A DNA stretch of 34,964 nt from an uncultured virus (IMG/VR IMGVR_UViG_3300046501_000473) (taxonomy: Duplodnaviria; Heunggongvirae; Uroviricota; Caudoviricetes), in IMG/VR virus record IMGVR_UViG_3300046501_000473, one strand, 5' to 3'. Positions 24,927 to 33,483 of the stretch are shown piece after piece; position 1 is the first letter of the stretch; each line of letters begins with the position of its first letter. The position numbers and the translations under genes were made by a program. The notes under the pieces are model-generated. The model searched no databases, was not told where the DNA came from, and saw nothing but the letters and a program-made list of their open reading frames with translations.

Positions 24927-25202
24927 TCAGAGCCGGGTGGTCGGCTCGTCATACAGCGAACCGATCCGCTCGAACTCCTCGCGCACGATGCGCTGCGCAT
25001 GCGCGGCAGCTTGCTGCTCCCGTTCCACGCGAGCCACGAGCTCGCGGGCCGGCGCGAACACGGAGGGCACACCGGACGGCCGCACGCCACGGGACCGGTT
25101 GCGGCGCCCCCACCAGTGCGAGACACCGGCGTACAGGCACGAGCCACACAAGATGACCGGCGCGGCGAGAGAAGTGATCCAGTCGGACACGGATGCGGGC
25201 AT
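24927..25202 (-). CDS. small membrane protein
   Basis: WITSLAAPVILCGSCLYAGVSHWW hydrophobic segment; GGAG RBS. Confidence 0.65.
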   Translation of the reverse strand: MPASVSDWITSLAAPVILCGSCLYAGVSHWWGRRNRSRGVRPSGVPSVFAPARELVARVEREQQAAAHAQRIVREEFERIGSLYDEPTTRL

Positions 25203-25279
25203 GGCAAGACTCCGTTCGGCGATAGCCGGGTGTGGGTGTGGTGGTAGCCCCGTGGGGTGGGCTGGACGTGCTGGCCGCG

Positions 25280-25777
25280 TTACGCGGCGATGTTCAACCG
25301 GATGAACCAGGTGACCGCCAAGTCAGCGGCCGTGCACGGCTCACACGGGATCTCATGGTGCGCGGTATGCCACTGGTACCCGCTGCGTGTCCCGCACTCG
25401 GGACGCTCGTCAGCGGTGGCGTGGACGCGGCGAGGCGAGTGGTAGCGGTTGCTCTTCGCTGCCTGGCGCGCCACGTCGACCTTCGGTGCAGAACGCCGCG
25501 GCTTGGCTACAGCCTTCCGGCGCGACCGGCGCGGCATCTGGCCGTTCTGAACGATGTACCGCTCCCGGCCATCCAAGCCCCCGCGGATCCCCTCACGGTC
25601 CGACGGCCGCAACCTCTTCTCATCCACCAGAGTGGCGGACAAACATGCCTCCCGGACAGGACAACGGGCACACACGGCCCGCGCCCGATCCGCCTGGCCC
25701 ACATCCCCCTTGGCCGGGTAGAACAGCGCCTGGTCCAGGTTCCGGCACGCGGCCCGCTCCTCCCACCCGGCGGACAT
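25280..25777 (-). CDS. WhiB-family regulator with C-terminal Cys/His domain
   Basis: WEERAACRNLDQALFYP...ARAVCARCPVREACL...GIRGGLDGRER; C-terminal CGTRSGYQWH..HHEIPCEPC. Confidence 0.9.
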   Translation of the reverse strand: MSAGWEERAACRNLDQALFYPAKGDVGQADRARAVCARCPVREACLSATLVDEKRLRPSDREGIRGGLDGRERYIVQNGQMPRRSRRKAVAKPRRSAPKVDVARQAAKSNRYHSPRRVHATADERPECGTRSGYQWHTAHHEIPCEPCTAADLAVTWFIRLNIAA

Positions 25778-26979
25778 CAGGCGGCCTGCCCTTCACCGGC
25801 GTTGGCCTGGGCAGCCTGCTCCTCGAGCGCCTTGATGCGCATGGCCAGGACGTCCTTGATCATGAGGTGGTCGTTGTCGAACGGGATGACCGTGGTCAGC
25901 AGACCCTTCTGCTTCGCCTCAGCCAGCGCCATCCTCGTCGGGCCCAGTTCCTTCCACCCGTTCCGCATCCGGCGCACGAAGCCGTCCACGACGTCCTCGC
26001 CCTCTGCTGAGGCCAGTTCCGCCGCGCGACGTCCCAGGTAGGCGGCCAGCACGTCCGGCTGACCGGAGTCCGGCGCCACAACCCCAGAGTTCCCGAAGTC
26101 CTGCGCCTCCGCAGTGGTGCGCAGGCTCTCCACAGCCTCCCGGGACTCAGCCAGAGCAGCCTGGTTTGCGAAGTCCTGACCGTCCGGGTGCGGCTGGAAC
26201 GACTCCGGATCAACAAACACGGTCCCCGAACCGGTCTCAGCAGCAACCTGCGCGGCCACCGCCGGCGCCTCAGCGGCCTTCCGCTGCTCCCGCTCCGCGG
26301 CCTCCGCCTTCAACGACCTGCCACGCGCCACGATCAGATCCCCGAGGGCCATCTCCTCGCCGCCCGGGGCGTACACGGTCGCCTGCAGCAGACCGTCCGC
26401 CTTCGCCTCCGCGTGCATCGCCAGCAGCGCCGTCGGGTTGTTCCACACCGCAGGCTTCCGCAGCCGTTCCATGTAGACGTCCGCCGGCGAGCGCTGCCCC
26501 TCCGGGTGGTCACGATCCCCGTCATCCAGCGACTTCGAATCCACCGGGATCATGAACGTGTGGATCAGCGCGTACTTCAACGCCGCCGACATCGCCTTGT
26601 TGGACGCCTTGTCCGCGAAGTCCGACCCCTCGCCCATGGTGACGGCGGTGACCTTGTCGCCGTTCGGGCCGTGGAAGTGGAACGCGATCCGCATCAGCAC
26701 CGCATTCTGCCTGCCCCGCACCTCCGTCTTGAAGTCAAGGACCTCCGGGGTCATGACGACACCGTGGTCCCGCAGCGGCTGCGCCAGGGCGCCGATCGCG
26801 TCGTCCACGCCCCGGAACCTGTAGTTCTGCGACTCGTTCGTCCCGTTCTTGCCGATGTTGCGGACGTCCCGCATCACACGGGCCATCAGCTCGTAGACGT
26901 TCGGGGCGTCCTGGTTTTGGGTGTGCTGGGTGGGGCCCTCCGCCGTCGTGCTGGCGGGGGCCTCGGTGGCCGTGGCCAT
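25777..26979 (-). CDS. ERF-family single-strand annealing recombinase with long C-terminal extension
   Basis: IGKNGTNESQNYRFRGVDDAIGALAQPLRDHGV...GEGSDFADKASNKAMSAALKYALIHTFMIP. Confidence 0.9.
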   Translation of the reverse strand: MATATEAPASTTAEGPTQHTQNQDAPNVYELMARVMRDVRNIGKNGTNESQNYRFRGVDDAIGALAQPLRDHGVVMTPEVLDFKTEVRGRQNAVLMRIAFHFHGPNGDKVTAVTMGEGSDFADKASNKAMSAALKYALIHTFMIPVDSKSLDDGDRDHPEGQRSPADVYMERLRKPAVWNNPTALLAMHAEAKADGLLQATVYAPGGEEMALGDLIVARGRSLKAEAAEREQRKAAEAPAVAAQVAAETGSGTVFVDPESFQPHPDGQDFANQAALAESREAVESLRTTAEAQDFGNSGVVAPDSGQPDVLAAYLGRRAAELASAEGEDVVDGFVRRMRNGWKELGPTRMALAEAKQKGLLTTVIPFDNDHLMIKDVLAMRIKALEEQAAQANAGEGQAA

Positions 26980-27005
26980 GAGGTCTCCTTGTGATGCGTG
27001 ATGTG

Positions 27006-27049
27006 GCGGCCGGCCCGGGGAAGTGGTCCTTTCGGCCCGGGCCGGCCGC
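27006..27049. other. intergenic 14-bp stem-loop (terminator/processing site)
   Basis: GCGGCCGGCCCGGG / CCCGGGCCGGCCGC. Confidence 0.7.
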
Positions 27050-27056
27050 GCGGCCG

Positions 27057-27581
27057 CTACTCGGCGGCCGCCTCAGTTCCTTCGGCCGGGGCCGGGTACT
27101 TGCGGGCGATCCACTGCACCGCGATCTGCCGGGCGTTCAGCTTGTAGCCCCGCCCGGTCGGCCAGTCCTTCTCCGCGACCATCCGGTCCGCCGCAGCCTC
27201 CACCTCGGCCACCTTCGCCTTCGGAGCCCGCACATTCAGGACCGACTTCGCCTGACCCGCCCCGTGCGCCGCACGCTGCGGACGCTCCGGCACGAACTCG
27301 CCGGACAGGAAGGCCTCCCAGCCCTCCAGGACATCCGCCGTCAAGTTGGCCGACCCCTCATAGGCGCGCAGGTGCAGCGCCGACTCGATCGGGATCGCCA
27401 CGTTCGGATCCCCGCCCTGCGAAGAACGGGCCTCGGCCTGGCCGGCCGCGTTCAACGCGTACTCGAGAACGGTCTGCACCGCATCCGCCTGCCGTACGGC
27501 GCCACGCGAACGCAGCGACTCGATGGCCAGCTCAACCTGCGGGGCGGCTTCAGTGACGCGGGCGCGCTTGCTCGGGGGCAT
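27057..27581 (-). CDS. putative tandem ribbon-helix-helix DNA-binding protein (repressor candidate)
   Basis: PNVAIPIESALHLRA...NLTADVLEGWEAFL and KSVLNVRAPKAKVAEVEAA...LNARQIAVQWI; GAAGGA RBS before ATG 27581. Confidence 0.6.
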   Translation of the reverse strand: MPPSKRARVTEAAPQVELAIESLRSRGAVRQADAVQTVLEYALNAAGQAEARSSQGGDPNVAIPIESALHLRAYEGSANLTADVLEGWEAFLSGEFVPERPQRAAHGAGQAKSVLNVRAPKAKVAEVEAAADRMVAEKDWPTGRGYKLNARQIAVQWIARKYPAPAEGTEAAAE

Positions 27582-27674
27582 GGGAACGGCGTGTCCTTCC
27601 GGTCGCCGGCGCCGCTCAGTGCGTCCGGGCGGGCGCCGCGTGTGGGGTGTGGGCACGCCTAGTCTCCTCCACTT

Positions 27675-27686
27675 TCTATTGCGCGC
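27675..27686. promoter_or_regulatory. operator partial site upstream of the repressor candidate
   Basis: TCTATTGCGCGC is the exact reverse complement of GCGCGCAATAGA at 27752-27763. Confidence 0.6.
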
Positions 27687-27741
27687 ACACCGGGGGGTGT
27701 GTGCTCCCGGGCCGTTCCCGGTACCCCAGATCATACGCACC

Positions 27742-27777
27742 CTTGTATTGCGCGCGCAATAGATAGATGGGTAAGGT
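27742..27777 (+). promoter_or_regulatory. promoter P3 with overlapping palindromic operator
   Basis: TTGCGC-N18-TAAGGT; perfect palindrome TATTGCGCGCGCAATA (27746-27761); flanks match P1/P2. Confidence 0.8.
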
Positions 27778-27808
27778 GAGACCACACCACAGCGAGGGGG
27801 ACCCCACC

Positions 27809-28258
27809 ATGAAGCACACCAAGAACCAGGACCGGGTCAAGACCCTCGCCGACCTCTACCGAGCCCTCGCCCGCCAGGAGGCCGTAACGATCACCTACCT
27901 GAAGCCCGGCGAGACCGAGCCCACCATTCGCACCATCGAGATCATCGAACTGCGCACCAGCAGCGTGAAGATCTCCAAGACCGGCGAGGTCGAGGGCGGC
28001 GACATCTACGTCATCGCCATGTGCCGTCTTCGGGGCCAGGCAAGGGAATTCGCGTCGTCCGGCATCATCAGCTACACGCTCCACCGCGTGGCGTACGTCC
28101 TGGAGCGTCCCGCCAACACCACCTACCAGACCCCCGAGCCCCAGCCGGCCGACGACGCGGACGCCTTGTTCTTCTACGAGCTGGCCCGCGATCAGGACGA
28201 CGCCGACTACCGGCCGCGCCGCAAGCTCGCTCAGACCGACACCGACCTCGCCGCATAA
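27809..28258 (+). CDS. stand-alone WYL-domain protein
   Basis: LYRALARQEAVTITYLKPGE..TIRTIE...YVIAMCRLRGQAREF...I; GAGGGGG RBS. Confidence 0.8.
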   Translation: MKHTKNQDRVKTLADLYRALARQEAVTITYLKPGETEPTIRTIEIIELRTSSVKISKTGEVEGGDIYVIAMCRLRGQAREFASSGIISYTLHRVAYVLERPANTTYQTPEPQPADDADALFFYELARDQDDADYRPRRKLAQTDTDLAA

Positions 28259-28267
28259 GGGGCCCTG

Positions 28268-28981
28268 ATGCGTACCCACGCCACCGCACAGCTCATCGGC
28301 GACCGCTCCCACCAGTGCGACGCCACCGCCACCTACACCCACAACGGCATCCACGCCTACGCGCTTTTGGACGGCATCGGCTCCACCGACGAGATCCGCG
28401 ACTGGACCCGCACCGCCGCCCGCCGTCTGGCCCGCACCGCCGCCGTCCACGCCGACGCCGAGGCCGGCCTGCGCGCCGTGTACACCCGGTACGCCGCCGA
28501 ACCCGACCGGCAGGACCCGTACAACCGGCTACCGACAGCGTGCGCCGTCATCGCCGTCCACGCCCCCGGGAAGCCGCTCACGGTCGCCTGGTGCGGCGAC
28601 GCCCGCGCCTACGTCCTCACCACCAGCGGCACCACGCTGCGGCTCACCGAAGACCACAACCTGCGGCGCGTCTGGCCGCCTCACGGCAACCGCAACCGGA
28701 TCACGTCGTGGCTGGGTTCGGAGCTGACGGACCAGCAGGTGAAGAGCGAAGTCGGGCACCCGGCGATCGAGACCGCGATCCGACACCCGGTCCGTGAGCG
28801 TCTCCTCCTCGCCTCCGACGGCGCCTACGAGCCGCTCGAAGACAACGGGCTCACCCTGTCCGACTACCTCACCGGCACCCCCGCAGAAGCCGCCCGCCGC
28901 TTCACCGAGTCCGCCATCGCCTTCGCCGGTGAGTACGCGGACAACGCCACCGTCCTCATAGCCGACCTGGCGCACGCATGA
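28268..28981 (+). CDS. PP2C/PPM-family protein phosphatase
   Basis: GDRSHQCDA, ALLDGIG, AWCGDARAY, LTEDHN, ITSWLG, LLLASDG, DNATV. Confidence 0.9.
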   Translation: MRTHATAQLIGDRSHQCDATATYTHNGIHAYALLDGIGSTDEIRDWTRTAARRLARTAAVHADAEAGLRAVYTRYAAEPDRQDPYNRLPTACAVIAVHAPGKPLTVAWCGDARAYVLTTSGTTLRLTEDHNLRRVWPPHGNRNRITSWLGSELTDQQVKSEVGHPAIETAIRHPVRERLLLASDGAYEPLEDNGLTLSDYLTGTPAEAARRFTESAIAFAGEYADNATVLIADLAHA

Positions 28982-28984
28982 CGA

Positions 28985-29015
28985 AGGCCACCGACCCGAA
29001 CCGGGTGGGTGGCCT
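28985..29015 (+). terminator. terminator-like hairpin after the PP2C gene
   Basis: AGGCCACC-G-ACCC-loop-GGGT-G-GGTGGCCT. Confidence 0.6.
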
Positions 29016-29322
29016 GAGATCCACGAATGGCGCAAGCGCAGCTTAGCCGAACATCTCCCCATGCTGGTAGAGGCGTTGAGCAACTTCTGCACCACCCCGG
29101 CCCGCTCCCCGGAAAACGTCCGGGTTGTCAGCGGCCACCACTAGACTTCCGATCCAGCGGCACGACGCGTACGCCGCCAGCCGAACACCCCACCGTCGCA
29201 CCCACGCTGCGACACCGGGCAGGCGAAGGTCTCACGGGGCCCGCGAAGAGCAGCACCTTCCTGTCACGGCACCCCTCTGTGCGGCGGAAGGCGTGGGCAC
29301 CGCCGAGAACCGGAGACTCACC

Positions 29323-29700
29323 GTGCCGAAGAAGCAGTCGACCGCCGCGAAGAAGGCCCGCGCCGCCCAGCGCTTGGCCGGCGGCAAGCACACCGCCCTG
29401 CTGGCCGCGCAGGTGTGCGGCGAGCGCTTGGACCCGTTCCTTGAGTTCCCTGAGACCTGCGCCCGGGCGCCGCACTCCCCGTGGGAACCGCACTCCGAGG
29501 ACCGGGACTTCGACGTCGCCGCGTGGCGGGAGAAGGTGGCCGCCGAGCAGGCGGCGGAGGAAGCCCGTCGGGCCGCCCTCACTGACGAAGAGCGCGCCGA
29601 GGAGGATGAGCGGGCCCGGGAGTGGGAGTACGACGAGATGCGGGCGGCCGCAGCCGCCGAGTACCCGAACGACGAGAAGTACTATGGCGACGAGGACTGA
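29323..29700 (+). CDS. hypothetical protein
   Basis: VPKKQSTAAKKARAAQRLAGGKHTALL...; GGAGA RBS; high GC3. Confidence 0.7.
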   Translation: MPKKQSTAAKKARAAQRLAGGKHTALLAAQVCGERLDPFLEFPETCARAPHSPWEPHSEDRDFDVAAWREKVAAEQAAEEARRAALTDEERAEEDERAREWEYDEMRAAAAAEYPNDEKYYGDED

Positions 29701-29702
29701 CC

Positions 29703-29924
29703 GTGCCCAACACCCGCAACGTCGAAGAGATCGCCCGCGCCTCCGGATACGAGAAGCACGGCACCACCTTCCTGGGCGGCAGCTTCGCCACGTGTATCTG
29801 CCCGAAGGAGGGGTGCGGCGGGGTCGCGTCGGCCGCCGAGCGGGCGGACTGCCCCGAGCACCGTCGGACGCCGGCGCAGTTGTGGCACTGGGCTGCGGAA
29901 TGCCCGGGAGGCGCCGCCGTCTGA
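29703..29924 (+). CDS. small Cys/His-rich protein
   Basis: VPNTRNVEEI...CICPKEGCGG...CPEH...HWAAEC; GAGGA RBS. Confidence 0.65.
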   Translation: MPNTRNVEEIARASGYEKHGTTFLGGSFATCICPKEGCGGVASAAERADCPEHRRTPAQLWHWAAECPGGAAV

Positions 29925-30187
29925 GCGTGCCTGCGGGCCCGGCTGGTGGAGAGCGCGGGCCCGCGGCGGGGGCGGGAGCGCAATCAAGGGGGTACTCGCT
30001 GCGACCGCCGTCCGGGCACCGTACGTCCCCCAGTCCCCGTGAGGGAACACCCCGGACGTGCGGAACTCCGCCGGCTGACGCGCGGCGAGGGGAGCCGGGG
30101 GAACGTCCCGCCGCATCCGGCATAGGTTGCTGTCACGGCCCCCGGGCACCGCCCCCGGATCCCGCCGATACCGCATCTGACCTGCAT

Positions 30188-30307
30188 GATTACAAAACTT
30201 CGGCCCCCACCCTCCAACCCGCACACGCGCGCCGCCCACCCCGCACATCCCCGGGACCCGCACCACAACCAGCACCTGGGCTGAGGCAGCTCAGAAGTTT
30301 TGTAATC
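30188..30307. repeat. perfect 14-bp AT-rich inverted repeat with 92-bp spacer
   Basis: GATTACAAAACTTC (30188-30201) / GAAGTTTTGTAATC (30294-30307). Confidence 0.9.
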
Positions 30308-30341
30308 GATCACCCGGGGGTTTTCGGGCAGGATAGGGGGC

Positions 30342-31205
30342 ATGGACCCCGAGGAACTGCTCAACGACTGGCTCGCCACCAGCGCCCTGCGGCCCTCCAC
30401 CCGCGCCGAATACCACCGCGAAGTCTCGAGCTTCCTCACCTGGTGCGCCCGCCGGCCCCGGCCCGTCGACCCCATCGCGGCCCGCCCCGCCGACATCGCC
30501 CAGTGGTCCCACGACACCTACCTCCGCGAACTCCTCGACGGCCGGCCCTTCGACGGACCCGACGCCCTCGGCTACCTCGCCGACCACCACCCCGACGCCG
30601 CCCGCACCCACGACCGCCGCATCACCGCCCTCACCGGCTACTACGACGCCGCCACCGCCCGCCGGATCATCACCATCCCCCCCGACCTGAAAGTCCTGCG
30701 CTCCGGCGTCCCCCGCCCGCCCGGCGCCAAGAACCGGTTGACGCCCCGCGAACGCGCCGTCCTCCTCGCCTGCACCGGCGCCTGGGGACCCACCCGCTCC
30801 AAGCACTGGGAACGCGACCAGCTCTGCGTCTACCTGCTCCTCGAGGGCCTGCGCCCGGCGCAGATCGTCCGCATCGACCGACGCCACCTCTACCCCCAAC
30901 CCGACGGATCCTGGGACGTCCGCGCCCCCGACGACGCAGAGAACGTCGGCAAGAAATTCACCCTGGACCCGCTCACCGGCGCGGCCTTGAAGGCCTACCT
31001 GGCCGTACGCCCAGAGCCAGCCGACCCCAGCGAGCACACCCTCATCCTCTCCAGCCGAGGCACCGCCACCTTCTCCCGCTGGCCCAACAAGCTGATAGGG
31101 CAGATCGTCGCCACCCACCCGCTGCTCGCCGAACGCGACCCGGCCATCACCGCCGATGCCGTCGCCCACACCGGCCTGTGGGACACCCCCGGACAGGGCG
31201 ACTAG
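30342..31205 (+). CDS. tyrosine-recombinase-like protein, predicted catalytically inactive
   Basis: Core-binding domain LRPSTRAEYHREVSSFLTWC; box I RDQLCVYLLLEGLRPAQI; box II degenerate (ITADAVAHT); protein ends before any LGH/Tyr segment. Confidence 0.8.
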   Translation: MDPEELLNDWLATSALRPSTRAEYHREVSSFLTWCARRPRPVDPIAARPADIAQWSHDTYLRELLDGRPFDGPDALGYLADHHPDAARTHDRRITALTGYYDAATARRIITIPPDLKVLRSGVPRPPGAKNRLTPRERAVLLACTGAWGPTRSKHWERDQLCVYLLLEGLRPAQIVRIDRRHLYPQPDGSWDVRAPDDAENVGKKFTLDPLTGAALKAYLAVRPEPADPSEHTLILSSRGTATFSRWPNKLIGQIVATHPLLAERDPAITADAVAHTGLWDTPGQGD

Positions 31206-31512
31206 ACCGCGCGCGCCGACTTCGCAGCCCTCCAGCAGCGCGACCACAGCCCCAAGTAGTTACTCAGCGCTACACGCCACCTGGCGGTAGCTATACGAGA
31301 ACAGGGCCATCACCACCGGCGCGAAGAAGGGACAGCACCCCTCGCCCGCCACCGTCATGAGGATGCTGCGCGAACACGACGAGCAGACGACCTAAGCACT
31401 CAAGATCATCCCGTTGCCCCTTTGACGCGTATCTCGGTCACACCCCGACTAGGGGCTCGCCGTGAAGCGGTCGACGAGGCGGTCGTACACGGCGACGGCG
31501 GCCGCATGCCAG

Positions 31513-32133
31513 TCATGCCGCGTACTCGGGGGTCCAGAAGCTGTTCATGTGGGCGACCTTGTGGGTGAGGGTGGCGAAGAAGAACAGCCAGACGTCTTCG
31601 GACCCGTAGGGCCAGCGGGCAACGATGCCGCTCTCCCAGAGGTGTTGGAGGGTGCGGGAGGCGTGGGTGTGTCCGATCTCCAGTGGGGCCTCGCTGGCCC
31701 ACTCGCAAAGTGGCTGCTCCACCTCGTTGCCGTGCCCGTCGTCCCACAGCATGACGGCGTCCTGGGGCCAGGACAGGGTTCCATCGCCCTCGTGGCTGAC
31801 ACCGGGGTAGACCTCGGCGGTGAACTCTGGCGGCAGGCCGTTGTTCAGCTTGTCCTGGTTTCGGTCGCGGGCCCGGTCGCGGCTGGGGTCTTCGCCTACC
31901 GGGATACGCACCTTGGTGACGTTGCCGATGGCGACGAGGTGGTGGACCTTGGCGTAGGAGACGACTTGTCCGTCGCTCCATTCTCCGTAGGGCTGCGCGA
32001 TGGCGTCGGTGTAGTCGCCCCCGGCGGGGTCCTCGATCATGTCTCGGTATCGGGCGATGAGGAGGCGGCCCTGCTCGGTCTTGCGGATCTCGCGCGCGTG
32101 GTTGTCGGCGACGCGGGCGTGGATGGTTGTCAC
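31513..32133 (-). CDS. hypothetical protein co-transcribed with the recombinase
   Basis: GTG 32133 overlaps the recombinase stop (GTGA); VTTIHARVADNHARE... Confidence 0.7.
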   Translation of the reverse strand: MTTIHARVADNHAREIRKTEQGRLLIARYRDMIEDPAGGDYTDAIAQPYGEWSDGQVVSYAKVHHLVAIGNVTKVRIPVGEDPSRDRARDRNQDKLNNGLPPEFTAEVYPGVSHEGDGTLSWPQDAVMLWDDGHGNEVEQPLCEWASEAPLEIGHTHASRTLQHLWESGIVARWPYGSEDVWLFFFATLTHKVAHMNSFWTPEYAA

Positions 32134-33158
32134 AGGCCGATTCCAATCAGTGCGTTGTCCTGCTCGTCCCACTGGTCGACGATCTGCATGTAGCCGTCCA
32201 GGACCTTCGAGCCGTCCGCGTGTCCGGTCACCGCGGCGATGGCTTTGCGGTCCTTCCCGGCACGGCGTGCCTCGGTGGCCATGCCGGAGCGCACGGAGTG
32301 CCCCGTGAAGAGTTCCTCGAATCCGGCTCGCAGTCCGGCCGCGGTGATGAGGTCGCCGGCGCGCTGCGGGGTGAGGCCCTGGGGCTGTACGGAGCCGGTG
32401 TGGTGGATACGGCGGAAGGCGTGCCGGTCCGGGTCGGCAATCTGGGCGGCGTCCCGCCAGGCCTTCCACGCGCGGACGGGACACGTCACAGCGTGCTGTC
32501 CGTAGGGGACGGCGACGGTGCGGGGTTCGGTCTTGGAGACGCGGACGTCGACCAGGAGGCCGTTGTCGTCGTCGCGGATGTTCCGCAGCCGGAGCCCGGC
32601 GAGTTCGGCGCGGCGCGCGGCGATGGAGAACCCGAGCAGGATCATTGCGCGGTCGCGGATGCCGAAGATGTCGGTGTCGCACTTGGCCACGATGAGCCGC
32701 AGGTCGACCAGGCGCATTGCGGGCGCCTTCCCGCGGCCGCGCACGGGCTCCTCTGCCTCGTCTGCCTTCTTCTGGTAGTCCTTCAGCAACTCCCGGGCCG
32801 CCTTGGTGGCTTCGGGGTCGACGATGACGCTGTGCTGCTGCCGCAGGGTGACGGTGACGCCAGCGAGCTTACGGTCGACGGTGGAGTACGCGCGCTTCTC
32901 CCGGTTCCACAGGAAGTCGACGAACGCGCGGAGCGTGCCGCGGGTGGCGGCGGTGGGCGGGATCTGGAGCTGGGTGCAGAACGCGGTCCAGGTCTTCCAG
33001 TCCCCGGCATACGCGCGGGTGGTGTTGTCGGGCCGCTGGTCCTGCGCGTGGGTGTCGCTGGCGGCGTCGAGCGCGGCAAGGCGGGCGCGCAGGGCGTCGT
33101 CGAACTGCTCGGGCAGGAGCGGGCGGTCGGCTGGTCTGGTGGGGAGGTTGTCGTTCAT
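32130..33158 (-). CDS. Cre/Xer-like tyrosine recombinase (probable multimer resolvase)
   Basis: RPDNTTRAYAGDWKTW; RDRAMILLGFSIAARRAEL; VSKT; FTGHSVRSGMAT; TGH...VLDGY (R-K-H-R-H-Y intact). Confidence 0.95.
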   Translation of the reverse strand: MNDNLPTRPADRPLLPEQFDDALRARLAALDAASDTHAQDQRPDNTTRAYAGDWKTWTAFCTQLQIPPTAATRGTLRAFVDFLWNREKRAYSTVDRKLAGVTVTLRQQHSVIVDPEATKAARELLKDYQKKADEAEEPVRGRGKAPAMRLVDLRLIVAKCDTDIFGIRDRAMILLGFSIAARRAELAGLRLRNIRDDDNGLLVDVRVSKTEPRTVAVPYGQHAVTCPVRAWKAWRDAAQIADPDRHAFRRIHHTGSVQPQGLTPQRAGDLITAAGLRAGFEELFTGHSVRSGMATEARRAGKDRKAIAAVTGHADGSKVLDGYMQIVDQWDEQDNALIGIGL

Positions 33159-33168
33159 AGTCCGTCCG

Positions 33169-33462
33169 TCAGACGTGCTTCCACTCGGGCAGGAAGTCGG
33201 GGTGGTCGCTCCATTGACGGGCTGCCATCGTCAGGTAGAAGTGCGGCATGCTCGGGTTGTCGCCGCGCGCGATCTCGGCCTGGGCGGCACCCTTGATGAC
33301 GGTCGCCATGTCGAGGAGGGCCTGGTGGGGCCGTTCTTCGGTGGAGCCGTACGGGATGGCGTCGCGCAGGGGCGTGACGCGGGCCTGGATGAAGTCGAGG
33401 ACCTTGTCGATGTCGTCCATGGTCTTGGCGGGTGGCGGCGTGTAGGCGTCGGCCTGAGTCAT
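33169..33462 (-). CDS. hypothetical protein (possibly leaderless transcript)
   Basis: MTQADAYTPPP...ARQWSDHPDFLPEW; TAGAAT -10 lies 6 nt before ATG 33462. Confidence 0.7.
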   Translation of the reverse strand: MTQADAYTPPPAKTMDDIDKVLDFIQARVTPLRDAIPYGSTEERPHQALLDMATVIKGAAQAEIARGDNPSMPHFYLTMAARQWSDHPDFLPEWKHV

Positions 33463-33483
33463 GGTCACATTCTACCGATCTTC

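Noticed and set aside
29925..30187. Ribozyme or other ncRNA (CCC-GTGA-GGG tetraloop within a CGTACGTCC/GGACGTGCG stem)
   Set aside because: No catalytic core motifs of known ribozymes; pairing of this extent is expected by chance at this GC content
29027..31360. 777-aa + strand ORF
   Set aside because: Low-complexity Arg/Pro off-frame product overlapping three better genes; typical high-GC artefact
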